Made by a program: the position numbers and the translations under genes. The notes beneath the pieces are model-generated. The model made no database searches. It saw only the letters and a program-made list of their open reading frames with translations, and was not told the DNA's origin. A stretch of 64,000 nucleotides of DNA, from assembly GCA_011109175.1 (NCBI GenBank), contig RDEW01000004.1, positions 272,030 through 336,029 on the forward strand, given 5' to 3'. Below are positions 25,336 through 38,069 of the stretch, in pieces (position 1 is the first letter of the stretch; each line of letters begins with the position of its first letter). Origin of the DNA: Dicyema japonicum. Its lineage: Eukaryota; Animalia; Dicyemida.

Positions 25336-26347
25336 TTAATTGAGGAAGCCTGCTGCATGGAATACATATCAACACAAGTTGCGTCCCATATCCGGATGTG
25401 TAAGGGAGAAGGGTCATCCGTCAGGTCTCTTTCCATATCCTTGATCGAAACCCACGGGTTCAAGCTGTGATGGGAAACCTGTAGCTTTCAGAGCTCTGAC
25501 GATCACATCGTTCAGAGCAGCGTGGCGTGGTCTTCTTCCTGCGCTTCTGTATGTGTGAGAGTCGAGACATGACAATCTTTCCGTGAGGCGTGTTAGTTCT
25601 TCTTTCGTGAGCGGATCTCTTTATTGGACCCCCGTTTTTGATTTAATAATTTCATTTTCAAATACCAGAGACGCATCCTCCCCATAGGATAATTTGACAA
25701 GAGGGAAAAGCCTTGGAGCCCTCTTCCAACAAGTTTCCATAATTTTATCTCTTCTGAGGGAATTGAATGCATTCGTTATGTCCAATTTGATTCCAATGCA
25801 TTCATTTGAAATATTTCTCTGTGAAGAAACACTTTGCTGCATGAACAGCAGCCTCACATCCGTTCTTGATTCTAACACTCATTTGTTTAGAAAAAACTCC
25901 TCTCCAAGTTGTAGGCTTACCAGGGTCGATGCTACCTTTGCTGCAAGTCTCTGAAAATTCCCAACCGCAATAGGACGGATTCCCCATTTGGTTTTTTGAA
26001 AGCAAGTAGCCTTGCGGAGAGGAGCAATTCTCTGGCATATTCTGGGATGTCGCTGTTAACCATATTTATGATTAGGTCCGTAATTGATTTGACAAGACAG
26101 CTTCCGAGATGTAAATGGAGTAAGGTCTTTAATATGGCCAGGACGTAACCCTATCAAGCCTCCACCGCTGCTATCGGCGAAGGAAGCTATTTTGCAGCGC
26201 ACTTTGGATTCGGTTATGATGATCTCCGGGGTTCCTTTGGGATTCAAAAACTTTTCACTGTCAGTTGGTGCATCTGGGTGCTTCAGTATTAAGGTATTCA
26301 GGACCTCTGGGGTACAAGACAATACCGTCTTATCGGACGTGATAATC
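25336..26347 (-). mobile_element. Internally deleted CRE-like copy
   Basis: Closely similar to 1-445. EAAVHA, KLDITNAFNS and TGVQ join directly to [13 protein letters not shown]...LEPVG...KRPDG, WDATCVD, then HAAGFLN*. Confidence 0.88.
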
Positions 26348-26624
26348 AGTATATAACAAATTGATTACAAATTGTTAAGCTTCCTTGTAACCTCTAAAAT
26401 AATGACATTTGCAACTATCTTTAGGTGTAGAATATTACTAAATAGATTCTATATTGCTTCTCTAAGATACCAATTCATTATACCCCCAAATAAAAACTAT
26501 TCAGTTGATCGACACTCTTCTTTCTGAATTACAATGACCTCATTTAGTTTATCCGTAATTTTACTAGCCCCTAATTTTACCAGATTCATCTGACTGATCT
26601 CTGTCATGAAGGGAGTAATCTTTA

Positions 26625-26762
26625 TTAATTACCCCCGGATACACCGAGAAAGAAGTAAACAACTAATTAAGTGTATCCAGTTACACTATTACTCAGTCCT
26701 TCAACGTCACACGAGTCCATTCTGAACGTTTATTCCTTGCAGTTTGGAAACACATCCAGTAG
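26625..26762 (-). repeat. Dispersed structured repeat, copy 2
   Basis: Reverse-complement homolog of 5833-5982; the stem at 26635-26644 / 26671-26680 is retained. Confidence 0.7.
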
Positions 26763-26789
26763 TCAAAAGACTATAGAATTCTTTTCAGA

Positions 26790-27150
26790 CAATAAGTCAA
26801 TAAAATGGAGACTGAAGCAGGAAGGTTGGACACCAATAAAAACATTATGGAAGTTTTGGCTTTTACTTTTGGATCTAAATCGAGTGTTGTTACTTTACAA
26901 GATCCAATGGTAGTGTTATCGCCGAAGTGGATGTTTCTAATGTCTTTTTAAAGAAGTTCGAGAAAATTCAAAGGATTGACCCAAAAAATCTGATGAGCAC
27001 GTTTGGACATGCCACACATATTTTTTACTACAGAAGAGGTAAAGCAAGCCATTATGGAATGCCGAAAAAAAGTTCCTGGAATTAACTGGATATGGATAAA
27101 GCTTTTCAAGGAGGGTCCGGATAGTCTGTTTGAAGTTGTCTCATTTGAAG
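26790..27150 (+). mobile_element. LINE family A RT N-terminal fragment
   Basis: EEVKQAIMECRKKVPG...FKEGPD matches EVRTAIRECK...FKEGSD at 53.4 kb. Confidence 0.6.
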
Positions 27151-27189
27151 CATAGAGAGTCTGATTTATAAATGACTTAATTATAATCC

Positions 27190-27400
27190 GATTTTTTGCA
27201 AGTAGAAGAAGGCGTGCTCACGTTTCGATCAGGTCACTGACCTTGTTAAACAGGATCAGCTCGCTCATCGCGAAGAAGAAAAACGATAGGAGAGAAGGAG
27301 CTGGCTCATTGAGCGCATTTCCTTGCATATCGTGAGGGTAGCGTGCTTTATGGACGTCATGTGGTCCACCTTTAACGGTGGCGTCAGGTGTTTCTCCACA
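27190..27400 (+). mobile_element. CRE-like 3' fragment
   Basis: NDRRE...WLIERISLHIVR. Confidence 0.6.
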
Positions 27401-27479
27401 CAATAAAAAACCACTCTTCCCCCATCTGGATTCGTTTACCAGACGACAACTTCCTGATCTCAGCCTCCCCTAGACGAAA

Positions 27480-27640
27480 TGCCTAGCCATCCTCAACTAT
27501 AATGCAACTGAACGTCAATGGAATAAGAGGAAAAGTACTAGAGTTATGGACATACCTCAAAAAACAAAATTCGATGTGGCTGCCATCCAAGAAACCAGGG
27601 GATTCCTTTTATAACAAAAGTGGAGGGATATTAGATGAAA
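27480..27640 (+). mobile_element. LINE APE N-terminal fragment
   Basis: IMQLNVNGIRGK. Confidence 0.55.
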
Positions 27641-27719
27641 GTGGTAACAACATATCCGTCAATACCAAATGGCGCGTTAAAAAAAATCATAGACACGAAC
27701 ATCCACATCCTCTTTGGAG

Positions 27720-30700
27720 GCAAAATCAAGCGTGAATGGTATTTGTCCACTGACTCTTGGATCCGATTAAATATGATAAGGGTAAAGATCTTTCCCAGAG
27801 TATTTAGAAGGATATCAGAGTGCAGGTTTTCAACCGGCCTGGAGGGTTTATTTTTTGTGGATCCACAATATTTTCGAATCTGATCCTTAAATCCTTCTGC
27901 AGGTTCAATAGGCCTGGCACGTCTAAAAGACGCTGACTGCTGTGGAGTTTAGGTTTCATCAGGTGTTTGTCAGTTACAGAAAGGACCCCTCACAGTTTCT
28001 AACCATGCCTTTCCTGGTAGAAGAATCTTTCTTATACTTCTGATTGACTCTGACACACACTCTTGATATTCTGTTTGCAGCATTACTGACGATCTCAAAA
28101 TTCAGTCATATACCTCCTTCTTGATCCCGTGGAATACCCACCACATTGTGTTTGGATAAAGCATCTCCTATTAGATTTCGCGTGGAGAATCTCATAGCCA
28201 TTTTCCGCAGTTAGAATGGATTTTATGTTGAATTTTGCAGAAACATTTTTATGGTAACTGTCAACAGTGAGTCCCCCATGAGATCTCGAGTCGCGTAAAA
28301 GATATTTGTTTCTTATTCGACAATGTAATAGATTATAAATCTTTATCGAATTTCCGGTGGTCGAAAGTCTGGAGCCTACCAACGTTGTTTTATGGTGTGC
28401 GAATTGGGAATTGGGTGTTGTAGATGAATAAGTCGAAGGCATAGCAGAAATATGATAGACCAGTGCCAGGATAGTTTCTGATCCCTTTCCATGTTGTCCG
28501 ATAAAACGTTCGTATCCTTTTCTTATCCCAACTTCAGCATTGAGTTCAAAATTCAAAGAAACAAAATTATGCGAAAAATCAAGAAAAAATGTAAGATAAA
28601 CCACGAAACAGAGCTACAAACCTTGCAAATGAAGTAGGAAAGTACAAACATAAGTCGAATGTATGCATCTGTAAAGATAGTGCGAAAAAAGAAATCTAAA
28701 AATCTAACAGTTCATGATGAATGGAAGTACCATTTACAACAACCACAGACACCATAGCTGATCACTTCGAAAAATATTTCAATTTTGATAACGAAGAAAC
28801 GCTTTATCTGTCTGATAAAGTCCCAGAAAGCTATAACCAAAAATAACATTAACAAAAGTTAAAAAGGCCAGATTAAACAACTCAAATACCCCAGGCCCAG
28901 ATAATGTTAATGCAGAGTTCATAAAATACGCTCCTGAAGAGTTTCAAATACTCATTACTCACATTCTGAACAAAACTTTTGAGGAACACTCCAGAATTAA
29001 CATCGGAATCGGAAAATTAATCCCCCTACATAAATTGGGGAAGTAAAAAAGGAAAGCTAAACAGCTTAAGACCAATCATACTACTTCAACTCACTGCGCA
29101 AATTCTATCGCTAATGGACAGAATAAAGCCCTACTACGTGGATTTATCGGAGCTGGCCAAAGTGGGTTTGTCTTTGGAAGATCAACTTCCGTGGCGTTTG
29201 GAGCAACAATGGATATGTGCTTCATGCCAAAAATATAAAGAGGAGTACCACATAATGGAATCGACCTAAGGCATTTGACTCAATCAGCAGAGTCAAGATG
29301 TACAAATATTAACACCACTACTCGAGGAAGATTGCATCAGAATAATTCGTTATCTACTCTCCTCCACTCAACTATTTATCCAGCTCGGAAATCAGAAATT
29401 CATAGTATTCGGAACAAACAAGGACAACCCCCCCAGGGTAACGCCCTATCCCCGGTTTTATTCATCACATCTGGAGGCAACCTAGAGCCAGGAATAATAT
29501 CCCCAGACATATAACGGAAGTCATCTTCGCAGATGATATTGATCTCAGGGCAACAGACCACCAATTAGAAGGTATTATCGACAAATTGGCAAAACATTTG
29601 GCGAACAACGACACGAAGAAAAATGGAGGAACGAAGAAACTTGGCACTCTTTTAGGAGATACAGAAGACACAATACGAAAATATCACTAGCAGCTTTCGC
29701 TCTCATAAAACTAAACAACGTATGGTTATGAGGTAAACAAATTTCTGTCTCTTTAAAAATCAAATTATACAATATGTTCGTAAAACCGGTTTTACTGTAC
29801 AACTCTTCTACCTGGGCACTCACAACGCTGAAATGGAAAGTCTGAACTCCTTTCATAGAATGCAGCTCAGATACATTCTAAGATTTTCCTGCCAAATCAC
29901 ATTTCAAACAAACATCTTTATTCCCATTACGATATCCACACATTGGACAAAGAAATAAGAAGTAACAAGTGGGGCTTATTTGGTCACATTTTAAGAATTG
30001 ATAGGAATACTCCTGCTAATCTCGCGATGAAAAACCACTATGCTCTTCATCCGGGATCGACTTTCCAAGGAAGACTACGAATTACTCTACCAACCAGTCT
30101 ACATCAAGACCTAACTTGATTAGAAAAGGGTTGACGTCGGCAGATGATCTTGAGCACCTGAGGGACCTATCGAGGAACAGAGGGAACTGGAAGCGATTAA
30201 CAAAACGCATCCAGGAGAGGGTGGCACAAACGAGATAATTTTACTAACGTTGTTTTGCGGTGTTCTTGTTATTAATAATAATAATAACTTTAGCATTCCA
30301 ATCCCCGCAATAAAGAGGAATGAGAAAAACTTCAGGTGAAATACATTCTTGGAAAGTTCTTGGTAGAAAGCGTCCAATTCCTCCGGGTCTTTGGAAACGC
30401 GGCCACTATGTGGGGAATACACATTCACAATGATGATTAGTGTCTATATTTCCCTCTGGGTCTAATAAATAATTGAATGAAACCAATCTGATCACTCATC
30501 TTCCAAAAGTATTCCGAAAAGTAAATCCTTGTGCACAGCGAAACCCTGTGCAGTCCGGTGGTTGTAGGATTTCTCTGTAGTTTCCAGAAAGTTCGTCAGT
30601 TCCAGACCTTCGTATCTTGAAACAGCAGACAGAACATCGATGTATCTTTTGAAGTGGGAAATAGAATTGGGGAAGCATAGTAGAAAAATTTTGCTTGCAT

Positions 30701-30760
30701 ATAAATGTCCTGCACATGAGGTGAATTTCATAACATTTACATTAGGTTTTGATTGAATAA
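27720..30760 (-). mobile_element. RTE element (APE plus RT start), split by a second RTE
   Basis: GFAVHK and NVYSPHSGRVSKDPEELDAFY (30.3-30.7 kb) continue as NAEVGIRKGYERFIGQHGKG...HKTT...LRDSRSHGG (28.1-28.54 kb) and PVENLHSDILLNTLGKIF. Confidence 0.8.
28542..30285 (+). mobile_element. 5'-truncated RTE with (TAA)5 tail and 12-bp TSD
   Basis: PGPDNVNAEFIKY, QGNALSP, FADDI, KKLGTLLGD, FVKPVLLYN; tail at 30273-30287. TSD AACTTCAGCATT (28530-28541) / AACTTTAGCATT (30286-30297). Confidence 0.88.
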
Positions 30761-31414
30761 ACCAAATTGAAATAATATTTCTACCATCGAATACAACGTC
30801 GTTTTGCAACCACTGGATCAGGGTATAATCAAATCGTAAAAATACAACTTCAATTCTCCTAGATTTTCAATATTATTCAGAAAATTGAAACTGGGATAAA
30901 TTTTTATTTTGCATTCAAAAAATTAAACTTAAAGATGCAATATTATTCACATATTGTGCTTGGAACAAGATGGATAGTTCTTTAATATTCAAATGCACGC
31001 AAAATGGATTCAAAACATTGAAAATATAAATTATGAAAACCCTGTTTTTGAAAATTACGATTATATTCTCGAAAAAATGAACACAAGTGATAGTGAAGAA
31101 CCCCTTGAAGAAAGTCAGAAAGGTGTAACTATTAGCGAGGCTTTTTTAGTCTTAAATAAATTAAGAGAATTCTATAATCAAAAAAAAATCCTTAATGTCA
31201 AAAATCTTGAGTCTATTGAAAAGCTTGGATCTTCAATGATCCGAACTCTAAAAAGAAACAAATCAATACTTACTGATTTTTTTGCTTATAAATAATTTTT
31301 TGATTTACATTATTAATGGATGAAAAAATTAATAATTTTCTCGAATTCTCCAAATCCTCGAATCCGCCAGATTTTCCCGATCCCTGAAATTGGCGGATTC
31401 GAGAGACTTTACTG
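30760..31414 (+). mobile_element. pogo/Tigger transposon 3' remnant with terminal repeat
   Basis: LPSNTTS...QPLDQGII, CAWNK, ILTDFF*. The end has a hairpin CTCGAATCCGCCA/TGGCGGATTCGAG and terminates in ...TTTACTG followed by TA. Confidence 0.82.
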
Positions 31415-31562
31415 TACTTTTAAAAAAATTTTTAAATTTCCGATTGCCCTAGTCATCATTGATATTTTTAAGTATAGGCTTGTATAAAAGGTTCCCATTC
31501 AAAATGGCCTCCAATTAAATTTTTCAGGTTTTGGATAAGTTCATCAATAGACATCACGAGAT

Positions 31563-31659
31563 ATTTTACCAAGGTCCTCGACATCTTTAGGTAAAAAAGT
31601 CATCTTTTTAAATCTTATAAAAATTGATTTTACCAAGGTCCTCGACATCTTTAGGTAAA
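31563..31659. repeat. Exact 33-bp direct repeat with 31-bp spacer
   Basis: ATTTTACCAAGGTCCTCGACATCTTTAGGTAAA at 31563-31595 and 31627-31659. Confidence 0.95.
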
Positions 31660-31679
31660 CATTTAAGACGGTTCTTAGG

Positions 31680-31850
31680 GAGAATCTATTTGACCAACAT
31701 ATCACTAGCTATGAAAGATTCCCTGAGAATCAAATTCCAAGGTCACCAAATTTCATTGGCAGCTGTTTCCATAAAGTTTCAAAATAAGCATTGCATCCTC
31801 TTGTTGAACTGATTAGACGTCGATACGTCCGAGTTGGTAGTGAAACCATT
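31680..31850 (-). mobile_element. CRE-like RT C-terminal scrap
   Basis: WKQLPMKFGDLGI versus WEQATLPVRFGGLGI at 50.2 kb. Confidence 0.45.
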
Positions 31851-31987
31851 TAAGCAGATGTTATAAGATGACTGTTAATTTCAAGTGAATCTGATCGAGA
31901 TAGGACCCAAAATTCTATATTTGTTATAAAATAAATTGATATAAATATATAAACACAATAATAAAAATAATTAGTTTCCATAACGTT

Positions 31988-33689
31988 ATGTATGATAAGG
32001 CTCCTCGAATCATCAGTCATATTTCTGGTTCCACAAATAAAAATGTAGGTCCAGGGAGTTATAACATTTCGAGATCTCTTGTTTGTGGTTTTGATTATAA
32101 AGAATTAAAGGGGAATCATATGCTCCTTTTTTATCACTTAAAAGAAGGGACACGGATAACGACGAATCCTCATTATTCCCAGCTCCAGGACAGTATAATA
32201 TAGCAACAAAACAGCACATCATTGTTTTTGTAATGTTTTATCAGTGAGGGTGGGAGTTGTATGAAAAATAAAAGTGTTAGATTTAAGGATAGGTATTCTT
32301 ATTCACCAGCACCTGGAGCCTACGATTCAGAAATATTATTTCGTAAAGCAGAGGTAAAACAACCTAAATTTGTATAATTATCCTTAATATTAGGATTCAA
32401 TCAAAATTATCAATGAAAACAGGGTCCCAAAGGCTCCCTCTATTCCATTAAAGTTACAATCGTATGGATATGAAGAAGACGAAAATGGAATTCTCGTCCG
32501 TCAACCAGTCCCTGAGAGGGATACTACAATTGGACCGGCATACTACGACCCTGATTATGTGAGCCATATTTAGTATTTGTAGAATTTGTACTACTCCACC
32601 ACCAAAGGACACACGTTTTACAAGGACAGTGGACGAAAATTATTCAACAATATAAACACAACACCTGGCCCAGGTTCCTACAACACAGAAATAATGGGTA
32701 AATTAAAGCCACAAAACATAAATGCTAGCAAAGAAATGTCAAAAAGAACATTTGTTAGAAAGGAAGTTGTATTCTGTGTTATTTATAGAAATCATTAACT
32801 CCTCCCCTTGACTATGATTTATTAAACGAGAAAAAACGACAAAAAAGTACATCAAAAATTCAGAATAAGGTTCCGTTTGGAATACAGAGTCAAGTAATCC
32901 CTAAGCTAATGTCAGAGATTTGTCTACAAAGAAAACTCAAACCCTGCCCCCTGTGACTATCAGTCTATTTCTGACAGATTGCCTCTATTTACCAAAGAAA
33001 CAAAAATACCATTTGGGTCGACAGCTACCAGATTTACACGTCAGCAAAGATTGAATGGTTTAATCAAATATAACTCAGATACCTTGTATTCTCCTGGTGA
33101 AAGTCGGGTTAAGAAAAAAATATTAAAAAATACATCAAAGGTCGGGTTCAACATGACTGCTGTGCGTTTCAGAGACAAACAAGATGATTTAGAAACTCCA
33201 GGACCTGCTGAATACTTTGAAAATCCTGTCTTGAAATCAAAAAATTTGAGTTCAACATTTGCTTCAAAAAGTGAAAGATTTATCAGAAAACAAGAAAACG
33301 AAGTATTTGGGAGTATTAATTCCAAGGACGTAGGTCCCGGAAGTTACAACACAACTAAACAAGTAAGAAAAACCCGAAAAGCCGTTTATGGATTTAACTG
33401 CAGTGATGATAGATTTGATAGCAAATTTATAAAAATAATGGCGCGTCAGCCCTATTCTGATTTTCCAAGTTTTTTAATTTGATCGATTTAGGTCCGGATA
33501 CTTATTTTATAAAAAACACAACAAACAAAGGGAATATGTGGACTTGTGATTCTCTGAGATTCGATGATATCTCAAAATCTGTTCAAATAACTCCTGGTCC
33601 TGGTACTTATGATGTAATGTAAGTTATAATTATAGTTACATGAATCAATTATGCACACTCTCTCCAAGAAAACTCATAATATATTTTAG
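31988..33689 (+). CDS. STPG2: Sperm-tail PG-rich repeat protein 2
   Basis: Starts MYDKAPR...VGPGSYN; APFLSL, PSIP...SYGYEEDENG...DTTIGPAYY, repeated PGPGxY. Introns include 32372-32393, 32559-32582, 32766-32788, 32894-32915, 33469-33491 and 33614-33635. Introns 1-2 (about 32088-32110 and 32224-32248) are less certain. Confidence 0.9.
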
Positions 33690-33779
33690 CTAATAATGCT
33701 TCTAAATCAATCAAATAACTAAAATTTAATTAAAATATTAATATTATAAAAATATAATCATTTTCCATAAAAATATATT

Positions 33780-35760
33780 CAAGCAACTGTGTCCATCGTT
33801 ACTTTATATATTAAGGACTCAGTTCATAGAGACGAAAATAATGTCAGCAGTAAGGCCATGTGGCAAATCACGAAAAAAGATTTTGGCTAGGGAGATTTTA
33901 TTTTCTGACGTTTTCTACATCAGTAGTATTTATTGACAAGAGACCTCATGGGAAAGAAAGTGAATTGATTGGAATGTCGCTTAGGGTTGAATAAGGTGGG
34001 TGATAAAACGGAGCCTTGGGGAACTCCATTTGGAAGAAGTCTGTAATGAGATAGACATAATTTCAGCTCGACCAATTCTTCCAGAGAGGAAATTTGTTAA
34101 CCAATTCTGTGAACGTGGAGGGATTCCAGATACAATAATTTTGTTACTTAGCACGCGCCTTGATGTTCGATCGAACGCCTTGGTTAGGTCGATCGATGCG
34201 AAGATAGTCCGTTTGGGAGGATTATGAGTGTTAAAACCATCAGCGATATATTGAGTTAGGGTAGTTAATGTTGAGTATTGTGGACGAAAGCCATGTTGAA
34301 AATCAGGGAAGATACTTCGATATTAGTTTCAGTACACGTTCAACAATTTTCGGTACTACAGGTAGTAGTGAAAATGGTCTGAAAGATCCCGGATCTGAAG
34401 GATCTTTCTTGGGCATCAGGATTGGGATTATTTTTGATTTTTTACATAGTGCAGGAATTCTGCAGGTGTTGATGGACACAGAAATTATGTCTGTTATTGC
34501 TTTGAGTCTTTGCGTTTTCAGGTGCTTTAAATGCAGATTCCATCAAGCCTTTTGGCAAAAGAGTTTTTGGCGTTTTTGATGAGTTTTTCGAATCCGACGT
34601 ACTGATTTTAATCGGTTTTCCTTGAGGAGTTTGAACGTTTTTCAATTTGCATGGACGAGAGCATTTGTTTATATCTATGTGACTCACTTTTGCGTAGTGG
34701 TCCATTATGACATCTGCCTGATGAGTGAAATCACGTGGTGTTGATTCTTTTCAATACTGGTGGCGTGGGTTGTCTCCATTCTATTTTGTTTCGACGTAAA
34801 ATGCCCCAAAAATCCTATAGTTTTGTTCGGTGGTTAATTTTTGTGATGAAATTGTTCCAACGGTCTAATTTCCTCTTGTTGATTAATTCTGTAATTTCGC
34901 TATTAAGGTTGGATAGTTCGGCCGTATAAATTCTTTTTTTTTTGAGTCGACATCTTGTATGAATCTTTTCGATAATTTCCTTAGTGAAATTGGGGTTATA
35001 GTCTGCATTGAGTCCTCTTGGAATGTATTTCTTGTCGGCACTGAGGATGACCTCATTAAAAAATTTCATTGCAACGTCAAACGATTTGAAATTCTCAACG
35101 GAAAAGTCGGATATAAATCTTTCTGTTTCTTCTCTGAATGAATCCCATTTTGCATGTTTGTAATTCGTTATAGTTTTCCGATGCATAACAATAGGCGAGA
35201 GTAGTTCGATTGACAGTAGAATTGGATTATGGTCTGAGTGTAGGTCATATACAATTCTCCATGATATCGCCGGAGATAGTGATGGAGAACATGGTGTGAG
35301 GTCGGGTGATGTATTAAAGTCTCCAGTTCTGGAAGCTGTTCGAGTGTGTGATTTCCTGTCATTGAGGATAACTAATTGTTCTAGTTGAGAGAGGACCTGA
35401 AACCCCCTCTCATTACTTTTTTGGCCGATTAGCCAGAGAGGATCTTTTGCATTTAGATCTCCGCAGATTATCACATTTTCAATCTTTTGCAATTCGGTTA
35501 GTTTTGGGGAGTAATGTTTCATACTGGGACTTGGTGGAAGGATATAAATATTTACTCGGGCCTTTACTCGTCATGAACAAAGTAGTTATTTTACGCATGG
35601 AAATACGTCAAAACTCATCAGTACTATACTAATTAAGCGATCCCGGAGTTATGATGGAAGATAACATTTGGGCGACTTGTCTAACAGTTTTTTATGCAAT
35701 TTTCCTTCTCACACACTTTCATAGTTTATTTGTGTTAATTGAAATGAAATTATTCCACAG
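33780..35760 (-). mobile_element. Decayed Jockey/I-like LINE ORF2 (APE plus RT)
   Basis: VIICGDLNA, SPDLT, SDHNPI, PKKDPSDPGSFRPFSLL, SIDLTKAFD, GVPQGSVLSPTLFN. Confidence 0.88.
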
Positions 35761-36049
35761 ACCGATAGTAAAACCAAATTAACTAATCCCGTGACCTTGA
35801 CGTATTCCAGTCGACACCTCGTCTAGGGAAAGTTGATCGAGAGGACAATGACTGGGAAGCTGAGATCGAAGCAAGAACTGGGAGCTAAATTGTCTCTGTG
35901 GAATGACGAGATAGGTCTTTAGAATTCTGGCTAGACATCAGTGTCTGCTACTTAGGCAGATCCGAATACGCCACAAAGGGAAGGAAAATCTTCAATCAAG
36001 TAACCAAATGGCACCACGCGGCCTAATACACTTACTATTTATTTATACT

Positions 36050-36270
36050 ATAGAAGTTTGTTCATACGAAGCTTCTAATGGCTGTAGTGGATATCCAGTC
36101 ATGGATTGTTTTTAATCGTGACTGAGAAAGCTCAGTCTCTGGGAAATTTCTGGATCAACTCGGCAATCAGATAATCCTACGATCTGGTGATCTCTGCAAG
36201 CTTGAAATTAGATTGAGTTCCGATACATATATTGTAAGGGAATAGCCATGCAGTCTGGTTTTCTGCATTC
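36050..36270 (+). mobile_element. CRE-like 3' fragment
   Basis: KFLDQLGNQI...IHIL*GNSHAV. Confidence 0.5.
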
Positions 36271-36355
36271 ATCTATACTTACTAAATGACAATAGTTCTC
36301 AACTAAATGGAATAATTTCAAACTAAATAAGAATAGCTTCAAACTAACTGGAATA

Positions 36356-37147
36356 CAGTGAAAACCTCTTATAGTAAAGTCGATAATCGTTTATACTTAA
36401 ATAAAATTTAACAACCAAAAAACATGACTTCAATAATCTGGCAGAAACCATGCGAGTCTGTTTTATCAAAACGGTTGTATCTTGTAGTACCAGTTGAACG
36501 GTTAAAATAGTTGAGGACAAATTGAACAGGACATAATTCAGTTGCTACTTTACCAATGAGATTTCTTATTCAAACTTTATGAATGTAGATTTATTAACAG
36601 GCCCAGATAAAAACAAAAACATCCATGTTTTGGAAATTAAAAAAAGTTCTGACAAAATGGAAGAGTTTTCATGTAGTTTATGAAATATTACAACTTATAC
36701 TGCACTCGAAAGCATAGGAAATCTCAAAAGTTATTTTGAAAATAGAGGTTATCCTGATGAAATCTTCTAAACTTGAAAATCAGGGAGACGTTAGTTATCG
36801 CTTATAGTGAAGGAAATAGTTTGACTCCACTATAAGGGTTATCATGCAGGTCATCGGTCTGAAGGTTTTCTTGCTTTGTATCAACTAAGTAGTTTCAGTG
36901 CAGACCAATCCAGGTACTTTTCTGTATTACACGACACATAGACTCGTGTAATGGAGTATATCTTTTGATAAAGAAATTATACACTTTATCTACCCCTGTC
37001 GTTTTCCAATCAGGGAGACGTCCTCAAATTTCCTGCAAAAATCGATAATTCCTCAAGATTTTGCCGCATTTATTTTGTAGCATACATGTAAAAACCCAGT
37101 CGTTAATCGTTCTAAAATGCGACTTAGAGAATTTTTGATTATCACTG
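36356..37147. mobile_element. Possible pogo-type non-autonomous element
   Basis: Begins TA|CAGTGAAAACCTC and ends TCACTG|TA, with subterminal CTTATAGT repeats. The TIR is very short. Confidence 0.35.
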
Positions 37148-37279
37148 TAGGTGGTGATTAGATGTTTTAGACAGCCGGTAATCGTTCTTCTAGCGTTTAG
37201 TATTTTGTGTATCCTAAAAGTTTAAACAAAATTATAAATGAATAATATTATTGGGTTAGAGACAATGAGAAACAACTAA

Positions 37280-37954
37280 TTACTGGCATTTGGCAAATCT
37301 TCTGGCCACATCCTCCCAATTTACGACATCCCAAAGATTATTAACATATTCAGCCCGAACATTCTTATACTGCAGATAATACGCGTGCTCCCAAACGTCG
37401 AATCCCAACAGAGGACAGTACCCTAACAGTACATATAAACATTTCTACCGAATAATGCCTCTACAGTGTCTTGATTGGGACAACAGGCCACCATCAATCT
37501 TTTAGTCGTCGGATCCAAGGCCAACCACCCCCAACCTGATCCCTGGATTGCCACCGTTGCTGATGACATTGTCGACTTCAACTTATCGAATGAGCCAAAA
37601 GACTGATTAATCGCCTCCATTAACTCCCCATTAGGCAATCCACCGCCATTTGGAGATAGATTATTCCAAAAAATGGAATGGTTAACGTGTCCCCCACCAT
37701 TAAAACGGACAGCGGAAAGAAGGGAGGTCGCATCACTTACTTGGTCTATTGTTTTAAAGAGTTACCAACTATTTTGTATGCATTTTTGTAGTTTTTCACT
37801 TGCAGTGTTAAAATTGTTGACGTAGGCAGCATGATGCTTTTGATGATGGGTCTGCATTATTTCTGAGATTATTATAGGCTCCAGGGCATTGTAGTTGTAA
37901 GGAAGAATCGGGGAGTGTGCAGATAGTACGGATAGTTGCACTACGAGAAATCAT
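37280..37954 (-). CDS. SOD2: Manganese superoxide dismutase with one +1 frameshift near codon 17
   Basis: [58 protein letters not shown]. Introns 37746-37769 and 37423-37448. Spliced length is 625 nt (3n+1). Confidence 0.9.
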
Positions 37955-38069
37955 TTGGTTTTTAAATATTAAAATAATTTTTAGTACTTTCAATAAATAA
38001 AAATATATTTTCTTGATATTTGCTTACTTTGTTTTTCATGTCTTATTTACAGTGTGGACTATTAGACCT

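Noticed and set aside
31563-31659. CRISPR-like repeat-spacer-repeat
   Set aside because: Only two units, no cas genes, and a spliceosomal eukaryotic context. Kept only as a direct repeat.
33921-34261. Telomeric TTAGGG
   Set aside because: Isolated single hexamers inside a LINE, not an array.
34718-34737. Hammerhead core CTGATGA GTG AAAT CAC
   Set aside because: It is followed by GTG instead of GAA, lacks stems I and III, and lies antisense within LINE ORF2.
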